From: a virus
Virus record (IMG/VR): IMGVR_UViG_3300045988_161801
Span: 2,506 to 66,505 of that record
Reading direction: 5' to 3' (one strand)
Length of the DNA: 64,000 bases
The translations under genes were made by a program, and so were the position numbers. Shown in pieces: positions 36,220-43,889 of the stretch; position 1 is the first letter of the stretch, and each line of letters begins with the position of its first letter. Below the pieces are notes generated by a model, which made no database searches, was not told where the DNA came from, and was given only the letters and a program-made list of their open reading frames with translations.

Positions 36220-36559
36220 GAGCGTGAAGTACATCCCCGTTAAAACGACGGAAACGAGGACTGAATACGTTGACCGTTTCAAGACGGATAGCGTTCACGT
36301 CCGGGATAGCGTGTTCGTGATGATGCAAGGTGACACGGTGTACAGGGACAGGTGGCATACCGAGTACAGGGAAGTGTACATTAGAGACACTATCCATGTC
36401 AGCGAGCGAGATACCATCCGGGAACCTTACCCTGTTGAGATAGTGAAAGAAAAATACAAGGTGCCTAAATCGTTATGGTGGCTCGTTATCCTGCTAGCCG
36501 GGTTAAGCGTCCCGTCCATCCTTAAAATACTACGTAAACTAAAGCTGATAAAAATATAG
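36173..36559 (+). CDS. unimolecular spanin-like lipoprotein (N-terminal lipobox plus C-terminal TM)
   Basis: MKPTILLMILLMSGC lipobox and C-terminal LWWLVILLAGLSVPSIL helix. This is the architecture of T1 gp11-type u-spanins. Confidence 0.5.
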   Translation: MKPTILLMILLMSGCKSVKYIPVKTTETRTEYVDRFKTDSVHVRDSVFVMMQGDTVYRDRWHTEYREVYIRDTIHVSERDTIREPYPVEIVKEKYKVPKSLWWLVILLAGLSVPSILKILRKLKLIKI

Positions 36560-36696
36560 AAAAAGGGGAGAGAGAGTTTTTCTCCCAAAAGACCAGTACC
36601 ACCCAATCCTGTTGTAAGATTTCCTCTCCCTCTCCCTCTCTCTCTTGGAAAATATTACGACAGGATTTTTATTTTGTTTCAATAAAACGAGAAAAA

Positions 36697-36996
36697 ATGG
36701 AAAAAATTTTTCAAGAGGTGGTAAAAATAGTCTCCGAGGGAACCGGGATAAACGGTAACGATTTAATACATAGCAAGAAAGAGGAATGCGTTGACGCTCG
36801 CTCTATCTTGATAAATTTACTATCAGAACTCGGTTTTACCGATACTTTAATATCAAGGTACACTTGTTTAACCCGTCAAGGTGTCAACAAGCTCAAGAAC
36901 ACGTTCAACGACAGGAAGAGGAATTCTTTCATCTTGTCAACGAATTATCAACAAATAAGAAACAAACTAGCAACCAATGATTTAATTAGCAACTAG
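36697..36996 (+). CDS. DnaA-C-terminal-like HTH protein
   Basis: ..KKEECVDARSILINLLSELGFTDTLISRYTCLTRQGVNKL.. resembles the Bac_DnaA_C-type HTH seen in many Bacteroidales phages (from memory). Confidence 0.4.
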   Translation: MEKIFQEVVKIVSEGTGINGNDLIHSKKEECVDARSILINLLSELGFTDTLISRYTCLTRQGVNKLKNTFNDRKRNSFILSTNYQQIRNKLATNDLISN

Positions 36997-37055
36997 TTAT
37001 AACTGAAATTTGTGATACCCGGTAATGGTGCCGGGCGATTATAAATTTCAAGAAT

Positions 37056-38015
37056 ATGAGTGAAACTAAAACTTTTGTATTCCCGAACGAAGGAGGTAGC
37101 GGAAACGGGATGCTGGGTATGCTTGCCCCGCTTCTCCAGAAAAACGGGCTTGACCCGAACTTGCTTTTAGCCATGAACAACCGTGGAAACGGTGGATTCG
37201 GTGGCGAGGGAGGCTGGTTCCTTTGGGTTATATTTTTGTTTTTCCTCTTCCCGCTCATGGGACGTGGCGGGCTCTGGGGAGGAAACGGCGAGAACGGTGG
37301 ATTAGGTGCCATCCCGAACCTTATCAACAATGACAACGGTAGAGAATTGCTGATGTCCGCCATCCAAGGTAACGGGCAAGCCATCAACACGCTGGCAACC
37401 AACTTGAATTGCTCGGTGGGACAAATCCAGCAAGCCATCAACGGTGTCATGTCTCAAGTTCAGCAAGTTGGCAATCAAGTCGGACAAAGCTCCATGCAGA
37501 TCATCAACGCCATCCAGCAAGGGAATTGCCAGATCGCCCAACAGATCGCTTCTTGCTGTTGCGAGAGCCGCCTTGCAATCTGTCAACAAACCAACACCTT
37601 GCAAACCGCCATCAACGGCGTGGCCACGGGCCAAGAGAGAGGTTTCGCCTCGCTTGCCTTCGAGAGTGAACGCCAGACTTGCGCTTTGAAGGGAGCGATA
37701 AACGATTCAACGCAAGCCATCCTTGCCGGGCAACGGGCGGCAGAAATGCGCGAAATGCAGAACAAGATTGACCATTTGCGTGAAGAGAACAGCACGTTCA
37801 AGAGCTCGGCAATGACCTCGCAAATCGTTGCGCAGGCAACGGCACCGTTAGGAGCGGCATTGAGTGACTTGAGCGGGCGTTTAGCAAAAATCGAGTGTAA
37901 CCAGCCGGAAGTGGCCAAGGTACCTTACAGCCCGGTCGTGGGTGTTCCCACTTGCGTGGCGGCACAATACGGGTTAGGATACGGCTTGCCATACGGTAAC
38001 GGGTACTGGGGATAA
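37056..38015 (+). CDS. low-complexity Gly/Gln-rich membrane protein
   Basis: Gly-rich segments flank a TM helix (GWFLWVIFLFFLFPLMG). A Q/N/A-rich region contains a CCC motif. The C-terminal tail is YGLGYGLPYGNGYWG. Confidence 0.55.
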   Translation: MSETKTFVFPNEGGSGNGMLGMLAPLLQKNGLDPNLLLAMNNRGNGGFGGEGGWFLWVIFLFFLFPLMGRGGLWGGNGENGGLGAIPNLINNDNGRELLMSAIQGNGQAINTLATNLNCSVGQIQQAINGVMSQVQQVGNQVGQSSMQIINAIQQGNCQIAQQIASCCCESRLAICQQTNTLQTAINGVATGQERGFASLAFESERQTCALKGAINDSTQAILAGQRAAEMREMQNKIDHLREENSTFKSSAMTSQIVAQATAPLGAALSDLSGRLAKIECNQPEVAKVPYSPVVGVPTCVAAQYGLGYGLPYGNGYWG

Positions 38016-38032
38016 AGAAAGGGGGGGTAAAT

Positions 38033-38377
38033 ATGCCGTTTATAAATCCTTTCATAATGGCTAACAAGAACGGGATCCCGAGGCTTGAAAGCACGGGAAT
38101 TACGGTAGGAACCGCCAACGTGCGTTTCTCGTTCCGTAATCACCCTTTCCTGTCCGCTCCTTTCAGTGGCTTGATCCTTTTCAAGCTGGCACAACCCGTT
38201 CCAGCTGGCACCACGGGAACGCTCCCGGTGGTTTTCGACACGAACGGGACGACTCAAGACCTCACGACGATAGCGGGTGCCAACGTGACGGCCTCGGATA
38301 TAACAGGAACGGGTATTTACCTGTGTTATTACGAGTCTGGAAGTAACACCTTGCAAATATTGACAGGAGTAGTGTAG
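38033..38377 (+). CDS. hypothetical small beta-rich protein
   Basis: 114-aa ORF, T/G/V-rich. Confidence 0.5.
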   Translation: MPFINPFIMANKNGIPRLESTGITVGTANVRFSFRNHPFLSAPFSGLILFKLAQPVPAGTTGTLPVVFDTNGTTQDLTTIAGANVTASDITGTGIYLCYYESGSNTLQILTGVV

Positions 38378-38422
38378 AACCGAAAGCGGGAGTTATCCCG
38401 CTTGTTAAAGAGTTAATTAATC

Positions 38423-38956
38423 ATGTTTCAAAGTCTAAGACAACAGAATATATTTTACATCCTTCAAAAAGGCGACAATCCCAGTTTGAAGGTCGGTCAG
38501 GTGGTTTCCGTGAGTAACCCGCAACCCAAGTACGGCCAACTCGTGCCGGGTCAAGCCTTCGGGCAAAACGTGGAAACGGTAGTTGACGTGTCGGTGAAGG
38601 TCGGGGAGGAAACGATGGAGTTCAAGCAACTCCCGGCAACCTTGTCTATCGCCAATTTCGGTTCTAGCGGTGTCGTGGTATCCGAGAGCAGGGAGGCGAT
38701 GAACGCAGAGGTTGAAGCGATGCTAAGAACGAGCAAGCAAGTGCTAGAGAGCATCCCTTATCATGAAAGCGTCATAGCCTCTTGTGATGACATGCTAAAG
38801 GTGTTAAACCCGCAACTCGCTAAAGAGAAAGCGCAAGAAGAGAAAATCGGGCAGCTGGAACAAAAGGTTTCCGGCATGGAAGGCACGCTGACGGATATAA
38901 GAGAGATGCTGTCGAAAGCTTTAAACGGTAGTAGTAACAGTAAAAAAACAAGTTAA
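38423..38956 (+). CDS. hypothetical protein with C-terminal coiled coil
   Basis: 177-aa ORF. Confidence 0.5.
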   Translation: MFQSLRQQNIFYILQKGDNPSLKVGQVVSVSNPQPKYGQLVPGQAFGQNVETVVDVSVKVGEETMEFKQLPATLSIANFGSSGVVVSESREAMNAEVEAMLRTSKQVLESIPYHESVIASCDDMLKVLNPQLAKEKAQEEKIGQLEQKVSGMEGTLTDIREMLSKALNGSSNSKKTS

Positions 38957-39214
38957 ATGGTTATGATCGAAATATCAGAGAGCAAGGTCGAGAAAATGTC
39001 CGACTACGCTGAAAAAATGGTTCGTTACGGGGGCAAGCTGATGCAGTGCCTTGAAGAACTTTCCAACGGTGAAAGCATGGGTGAACGCTGGGACGATGAC
39101 GAGGATTACGATGACATGGGAGAACGTGGCGGTTACGGCGGCGGCTCCGGTCGTGGTAGTTACGGGAATCGCAGGGGTGTTCGTGGAACCGGCAGGTATT
39201 CACGTTACCGGTAG
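38957..39214 (+). CDS. small protein with acidic middle and RGG/Gly-Arg-rich tail
   Basis: ..WDDDEDYDDMGERGGYGGGSGRGSYGNRRGVRGTGRYSRYR. Confidence 0.5.
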   Translation: MVMIEISESKVEKMSDYAEKMVRYGGKLMQCLEELSNGESMGERWDDDEDYDDMGERGGYGGGSGRGSYGNRRGVRGTGRYSRYR

Positions 39215-39224
39215 TGTTTAACCG

Positions 39225-39250
39225 GGAGGCGGGTCATCTCGCCTCCTTTT
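39225..39250 (+). terminator. intrinsic terminator
   Basis: ggaggcg/cgcctcc stem followed by TTTT. Confidence 0.6.
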
Positions 39251-39263
39251 AAAATTAATTACG

Positions 39264-39689
39264 ATGAAACAAAGAGAGCCGTTAGACATATATGACACGA
39301 AACCACAGAATATGATTAATTATTTGAAATACAATGGTTATCATTTCAATAAAAAAATGTGTGACTTCGCTATCAGTAAAATGAGAAAAATGAACTCTTC
39401 TACAGGCAAATTAGAGCGAGTCGAAATATTTGATAAGAATAAAATCGACGAACTATTGTCCAAATATGGAATAACACTGAATAATAATATAATGTACGAT
39501 TATATTTATGTGTTTCACATGGCTATGAGCGATTTTTATCATAGTTCTTTACCTGACGAAAAAAGCCTTGTATTATTCGTGAAAGATTACGTGGATGACG
39601 AAGATCAAGCGGATGGATTCATATTCAATCGTTGGTATGCTGATTCTGTGCGAAATGGAGTGGCAATCGAATTTGGAGAGATGATTTGA
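39264..39689 (+). CDS. hypothetical protein
   Basis: 141-aa ORF in an AT-rich segment. Confidence 0.5.
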   Translation: MKQREPLDIYDTKPQNMINYLKYNGYHFNKKMCDFAISKMRKMNSSTGKLERVEIFDKNKIDELLSKYGITLNNNIMYDYIYVFHMAMSDFYHSSLPDEKSLVLFVKDYVDDEDQADGFIFNRWYADSVRNGVAIEFGEMI

Positions 39690-39751
39690 TAATGTATTTG
39701 TTATTAATAACAATTACATTATCTTTGTAATGTAATCAATTGTTTATTAAT

Positions 39752-40555
39752 ATGGAAAACGAAACATGGAAAACTATTAGTGGCTATGAAGGATATTATA
39801 AAATATCAAGTAAAGGTAGAGTAAAATCACTTGACAGAACAGTAAAACAAGGTTGTTCTTTTAGAAAGGTAAAGTCAAGATACAAAAAAATACATATTGG
39901 AACTCACGGGTACCCTTGTGTTACTCTTTGTAAAGACAGAAAATCTAGAAGTATTCCTATTCACCTACTTTTAGCGAAGGCTTTTATCCCTAATCCATTA
40001 AACAAGCCATACGTAGACCATATTAATACGAATAAAATGGATTACAAGTTGGAGAACCTACGATGGGTTACCCCAAAAGAGAACGCAAATAATCCATTAA
40101 CATTAAAACATTGTAAAGAAAACACTTACATAAGTAGCGTTTCGTCGAGAGCCAACGATACGAAAAGAAAAAGAAATACAAAAACAGCCCCTCGGATTGT
40201 ATATCAATTTGATAAAATAGGTCATTTGATTAATCAATATGAAAGTTCTAGAGAGGCACAAAGATACACGGGAATACAGGCTAGTTCAATAAGAGATGTT
40301 TGTGTTGGTAAAAGGTATTCATGTGGAGGTTTTTTATGGAGTTATTCCAAGGAAATTGTCCCCCAATATTTAAAGCCAACCCACACAAACGCCAAGACTG
40401 TATTACAATTTGATAAAAACGGTATTTTTATCAAAGAGTGGAAATCTTTGAGGGCAGTATGCGAAGTGTATGGATCATCTCCATCTAATCTTTCAAGAAG
40501 TATAAAAAATGGGAAGTTTAGAGGAAAATATATTTGGAAGTTTAAAAATAAATAA
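39752..40555 (+). CDS. free-standing HNH-family homing endonuclease (NUMOD4 / HNH_3-like)
   Basis: N-terminus MENETWKTISGYEGYYKISSKGRVKSLDR (NUMOD4-like). ..VDHINTNKMDYKLENLRWVTPKEN.. (HNH_3-like). Two C-terminal IENR/NUMOD1-like repeats (..YESSREAQRYTGIQASSIRDV.. and ..WKSLRAVCEVYGSSPSNLSRS..). Confidence 0.75.
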   Translation: MENETWKTISGYEGYYKISSKGRVKSLDRTVKQGCSFRKVKSRYKKIHIGTHGYPCVTLCKDRKSRSIPIHLLLAKAFIPNPLNKPYVDHINTNKMDYKLENLRWVTPKENANNPLTLKHCKENTYISSVSSRANDTKRKRNTKTAPRIVYQFDKIGHLINQYESSREAQRYTGIQASSIRDVCVGKRYSCGGFLWSYSKEIVPQYLKPTHTNAKTVLQFDKNGIFIKEWKSLRAVCEVYGSSPSNLSRSIKNGKFRGKYIWKFKNK

Positions 40556-40557
40556 CG

Positions 40558-40767
40558 ATGTGTTATTTCGTTAAATTTAATACTATGAAAGGATTTAAAT
40601 ATATACTGCGCCTCATTCGTGGGGAAAGCCCGGAGAGTATCATTAAATCGATGCCAGAGGAGGATTTTAACAAGATAAAGGGATTCGCTCAAGGTATTGA
40701 TAAACGTGCCTTAAATCGAGCGCAAAGGCGTAGATTGGAGAAACAACTTGCGAAATTGAACAGATGA
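40558..40767 (+). CDS. hypothetical small protein
   Basis: 69-aa ORF. Confidence 0.4.
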   Translation: MCYFVKFNTMKGFKYILRLIRGESPESIIKSMPEEDFNKIKGFAQGIDKRALNRAQRRRLEKQLAKLNR

Positions 40768-41210
40768 TAGTTAGAGACCTGTATATCGACCGTTACGACT
40801 GGCACTTGAGGGTGTTCTACGCCGTGGATTGCTATTACACCCGTGATATAATCGACGAGTTAAAAGCTATCCAGTGTCCTAGGAAGAATCTCGAACGAGC
40901 CTACCGGAACATGTCTTCATGCAGGTTGAACACGGGTCTCACTTACTCGAATAACGCCCTGCGTGAAACGGTGATGGTTATCGGGACGTGGTCAAGTCCG
41001 GCAGAGTTCGATAACTCTTTCTCGCACGAGTTGAGACACTTTACCGACCACGTTGCTAAAGCCTTCGGGTTAGAAACAGGCGGGGAGGATGTCGCTTACC
41101 TGTCCGGGGAGATCCGGAGGGAGTTGTTCCCGGTGAACAAGATGTTCCTGTGTACCTGTTGTAATCACGACAAAGATATAGAGAGGGAAATTTGTAGATG
41201 TAAAACTTGA
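40764..41210 (+). CDS. small HExxH putative zinc metallopeptidase (paralogue of 23546-23959)
   Basis: SFSHELRHFTDHVAKAFG contains HExxH. The tail is Cys-rich. Confidence 0.5.
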   Translation: MIVRDLYIDRYDWHLRVFYAVDCYYTRDIIDELKAIQCPRKNLERAYRNMSSCRLNTGLTYSNNALRETVMVIGTWSSPAEFDNSFSHELRHFTDHVAKAFGLETGGEDVAYLSGEIRRELFPVNKMFLCTCCNHDKDIEREICRCKT

Positions 41211-41376
41211 AAAACACGCTCCATGAAAAACGATGCTAATTTAGTGTATTTAATGGACTTGCTGGATAACGAGTGTATCGCCGGGGTCGCTGCTATAATC
41301 ATAGCGGAGATGCTCGCTATCGTTTGAAAGCGGTTAAACAGTTACTTGAAGTGTGGCACGATTGGAGACGTGTTAG

Positions 41377-41402
41377 AGGGGCGGGATGCCCCTTTATTTT
41401 TT
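41377..41402 (+). terminator. intrinsic terminator at the end of the + strand late arm
   Basis: aggggc/gcccct stem followed by TTATTTTTT. Confidence 0.6.
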
Positions 41403-41412
41403 GGGGCAAATG

Positions 41413-41457
41413 AAAAGAAAGTGAATTAAAGACAGCAATCCTGATTCACTTTCTTTT
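41413..41457. terminator. bidirectional hairpin terminator
   Basis: gaaagtgaat/attcactttc 10-bp stem with an A-run on one side and a T-run on the other. Lies between convergent arms. Confidence 0.55.
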
Positions 41458-41481
41458 AGACTATTATCTAATAAAAATAGT

Positions 41482-41754
41482 TTATAACGTCGTTTCAGAG
41501 AAATCTAGCTCGTATACAACCTCTCCATTTTTGTCCTTGCTAAAATAAGCTACCCCGATAAGTTCGGAGAACTGGTAAGCAGTCAAAAAAGGAATCGAAA
41601 CCTTCCCGTGATCAGGAACCTCGATGGTTGCCCGTAATTTTTCAGCTTCTTCTTTGCACAATCTTTCTAGCATCTCAAAACTATCCGTTCTTTTCCCAAG
41701 TTTAATAGAGATTCCAGAGTCAATACTATCATCCTCGATATATTCTTCTTCCAT
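41482..41754 (-). CDS. small acidic protein (moron gene 2)
   Basis: 90 aa, Glu/Asp-rich N-terminus. Confidence 0.5.
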   Translation of the reverse strand: MEEEYIEDDSIDSGISIKLGKRTDSFEMLERLCKEEAEKLRATIEVPDHGKVSIPFLTAYQFSELIGVAYFSKDKNGEVVYELDFSETTL

Positions 41755-41820
41755 AAATTTTAATTTTAGGTTATTGGCAGTATTTTAAAAGTTCATGTAT
41801 CACTTTGATGCTAAAATATT

Positions 41821-42420
41821 TTATTCAGACATCGGATCTATCTCTGGATGCAATTTCAAGTATTCATTTCTTAACTCGATACCCATTAACATAGCAATAG
41901 TGTTAATGGTTATATTCGTGCCTTCAAATACTGGATGAGTGTACACGAAATCTTTGATTTTTTTGAAATCTTTATTGTTAGATACACTGAAACATATCCT
42001 TGCCGCACAAGAATCAACATCTAATGCTGTTTTGTTTCTCATTTCTGATATTTCAGAATTTAACAAACGAAGTAGAGGTTGCTTGTTGTTTTCAAAGAAA
42101 TCGTTTGCTCCACTCTCGTTAAATAATTTACGTCCCTTTTCATTTAGTTGTCTAGGGCTATTCATTCTGGTGAACTCATCATAGTCAGCCCCACCTCTTT
42201 TTATAAGAAATCTTTCAAGGGTGTCAATTTTAAATAGAGCTTTATTAACCAATTCAATAAGTTTGTCGTGTTCCTTGTCGTTGTCATTATGCATGTTATT
42301 GTGCTTATCTTCCCATTTCGTGAATTTTCTTGCTATACGATAACACGTGATGCTAACGATGAAGATGATGGCAAATGTTGGCCAATTATCTACAATATAT
42401 TGTAATGCAACGCTTTCCAT
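41821..42420 (-). CDS. membrane-anchored protein of unknown function (moron gene 1)
   Basis: N-terminal TM helix (WPTFAIIFIVSITCYRIA). Own - strand promoter, with TAcaTTTG at 42451-42444 and TTTG at about 42475-42472. Confidence 0.55.
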   Translation of the reverse strand: MESVALQYIVDNWPTFAIIFIVSITCYRIARKFTKWEDKHNNMHNDNDKEHDKLIELVNKALFKIDTLERFLIKRGGADYDEFTRMNSPRQLNEKGRKLFNESGANDFFENNKQPLLRLLNSEISEMRNKTALDVDSCAARICFSVSNNKDFKKIKDFVYTHPVFEGTNITINTIAMLMGIELRNEYLKLHPEIDPMSE

Positions 42421-42573
42421 AATATATTATTAAAATTGGTGCGCAAATGTATAATCATTTATCAAATATAGCAAATTTATTTTATTATCCAATGCTACTT
42501 TCACATAGTGGTATATTATACGATAGCAAATAACAAAAGTTTATTTGATTATAAATTTAAAATTAGTCTATAT

Positions 42574-43001
42574 AAAAAAGCGGCCCCCGTTTCCAGAAGC
42601 CGCTACGTTGCCACCTAACTTGCATCACTCGCCATGCGGCACATCTAGCATAGTACGTCAATTATCACATACAGGGTATTTCTCTAAAACCAGAGCGGGA
42701 TCCAATGGTATTTCGGCGAGACACCAAATGTCGAACCTCTCGCTAATCACGAGGGGCGAGATGTCGATTATAACTTGTTTTGTTTCGTTATCCATAAAAA
42801 AAGTGGCTTAACGTTCGCTGTCAGCAAGGAATCGCCAGAGACCTAACAATCAAACTACTAGCCAAGCCACCGTATAGGAAGCCCAACTAGCTCATTTGAT
42901 TGTTCAAATTTGAAGCTGGCGATTTCTGCTGAACAATGAACTAGTTCGTAATATTTTCGTGGCACACCTTCACGTGCCGTGGTGCAAAGATATAAAATAT
43001 T
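42574..43001 (-). ncRNA. candidate structured non-coding RNA(s), ~430 nt, with two intrinsic terminators
   Basis: No credible ORF. - strand terminators are gcggc/gccgc (42580-42603) plus U6, and gtggctt/aagccac (42803-42870) plus U7. Several 8-10-bp complementary segments are present. Confidence 0.4.
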
Positions 43002-43187
43002 TTAATAACACTTGTCGGAGATGAAATTCTCCTTCCCGTACTTTCCAAACCACTCCCACATGATTTTAATCCTGTGCTGCGAGTAGTAAAATTGACGGGA
43101 TTCGACGGTAAACCAGAGGATTCCTAGCCTTCTCCGGTAGAGGGTAATCAAGCTACCCTTGGTTTCGATCTTGTACACTCTTTTCAT
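43002..43187 (-). CDS. hypothetical small protein
   Basis: 61-aa ORF. Confidence 0.4.
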   Translation of the reverse strand: MKRVYKIETKGSLITLYRRRLGILWFTVESRQFYYSQHRIKIMWEWFGKYGKENFISDKCY

Positions 43188-43464
43188 CTCGTTCTTTTTG
43201 TGATTTAAGTTCCAATTCTATCAACTTTTGCATTTGTGCCGCTTGTTCGTATTGTTCTGCCGCGGCGAACATTTGCCGGAGTGATAATAATTGATTCACG
43301 TACATGGTATCTATCCTACGTAATTGCACGTCGATAGCCTTGTTTAACAGGTCTATCTTTTGTTCAACTCTCCTTATCCATCGGGAAACGATAACGCAAA
43401 TAAAGCCGATTACGCAGCAATTCACGATAAAGATAAAGGTGTTGATTATCGTGGTCGTCGTCAT
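43153..43464 (-). CDS. small membrane protein with coiled-coil tail
   Basis: The N-terminal TM helix is IINTFIFIVNCCVIGFICVIV. Confidence 0.5.
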   Translation of the reverse strand: MTTTTIINTFIFIVNCCVIGFICVIVSRWIRRVEQKIDLLNKAIDVQLRRIDTMYVNQLLSLRQMFAAAEQYEQAAQMQKLIELELKSQKERDEKSVQDRNQG

Positions 43465-43682
43465 AACTTCCCCTCCCTATTTTTAACTATTTTGAAATCC
43501 TCTCTCTTGAAAAAGAAGTTGCTGATTTTCTTTTCACTATCAACAATCATCCCGGTTAACTCCCAACCGGATTGTCCAAGCTCGTTTAACCGTTGCTCGT
43601 CCGGTATCATGCCATAACCGAATGTTAACACCTTGTACTCGAATTTTTTCATGTTGTATTGATTATTTTGAGATACTGTCAT
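43461..43682 (-). CDS. DUF4177-like small protein
   Basis: KKFEYKVLTF...LNELGQSGWELTGMI fits the remembered DUF4177 pattern. Confidence 0.45.
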   Translation of the reverse strand: MTVSQNNQYNMKKFEYKVLTFGYGMIPDEQRLNELGQSGWELTGMIVDSEKKISNFFFKREDFKIVKNREGKL

Positions 43683-43683
43683 T

Positions 43684-43887
43684 TTATTCTTCTGTTACTT
43701 CAATAAATATAACTCCTGTTTTATCCGACCTATCTCTAATAGCGCATGCTCCCACGTACCTTGATATAAATTCGCACCCTTCAACATCAAGTGGGTTCAT
43801 GGCACAATCTCTACAACTACAACCTTCCACGCATTTCAGTTTAATTTTCCCGAACTGGAACACTTCGCCTACTTTATATTCTTCCAT
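43684..43887 (-). CDS. small Cys-rich protein
   Basis: 67 aa with 8 Cys (CVEGCSCRDC..C..C). Confidence 0.45.
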   Translation of the reverse strand: MEEYKVGEVFQFGKIKLKCVEGCSCRDCAMNPLDVEGCEFISRYVGACAIRDRSDKTGVIFIEVTEE

Positions 43888-43889
43888 GA

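Noticed and set aside
36986-38356. Many 80-154-aa ORFs on both strands overlapping 37056-38377
   Set aside because: The locally elevated GC and low-complexity sequence keep several frames open. Only the + strand set is contiguous, non-overlapping and co-oriented with the operon.
33000-39200. Apparent GC-rich 'island' suggesting a horizontally acquired block
   Set aside because: By eye, similar GC content also holds for the Tal gene (26-32 kb) and the primase-helicase. The pattern looks like gene-class-dependent composition rather than a discrete island, and it cannot be quantified here.
42545-42811. 88-aa + strand ORF in the non-coding tract
   Set aside because: It has a non-ATG start, an odd Pro/Ser/His-rich composition, lies opposite to all local transcription signals, and overlaps two - strand terminators. 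The region is treated as non-coding RNA instead.
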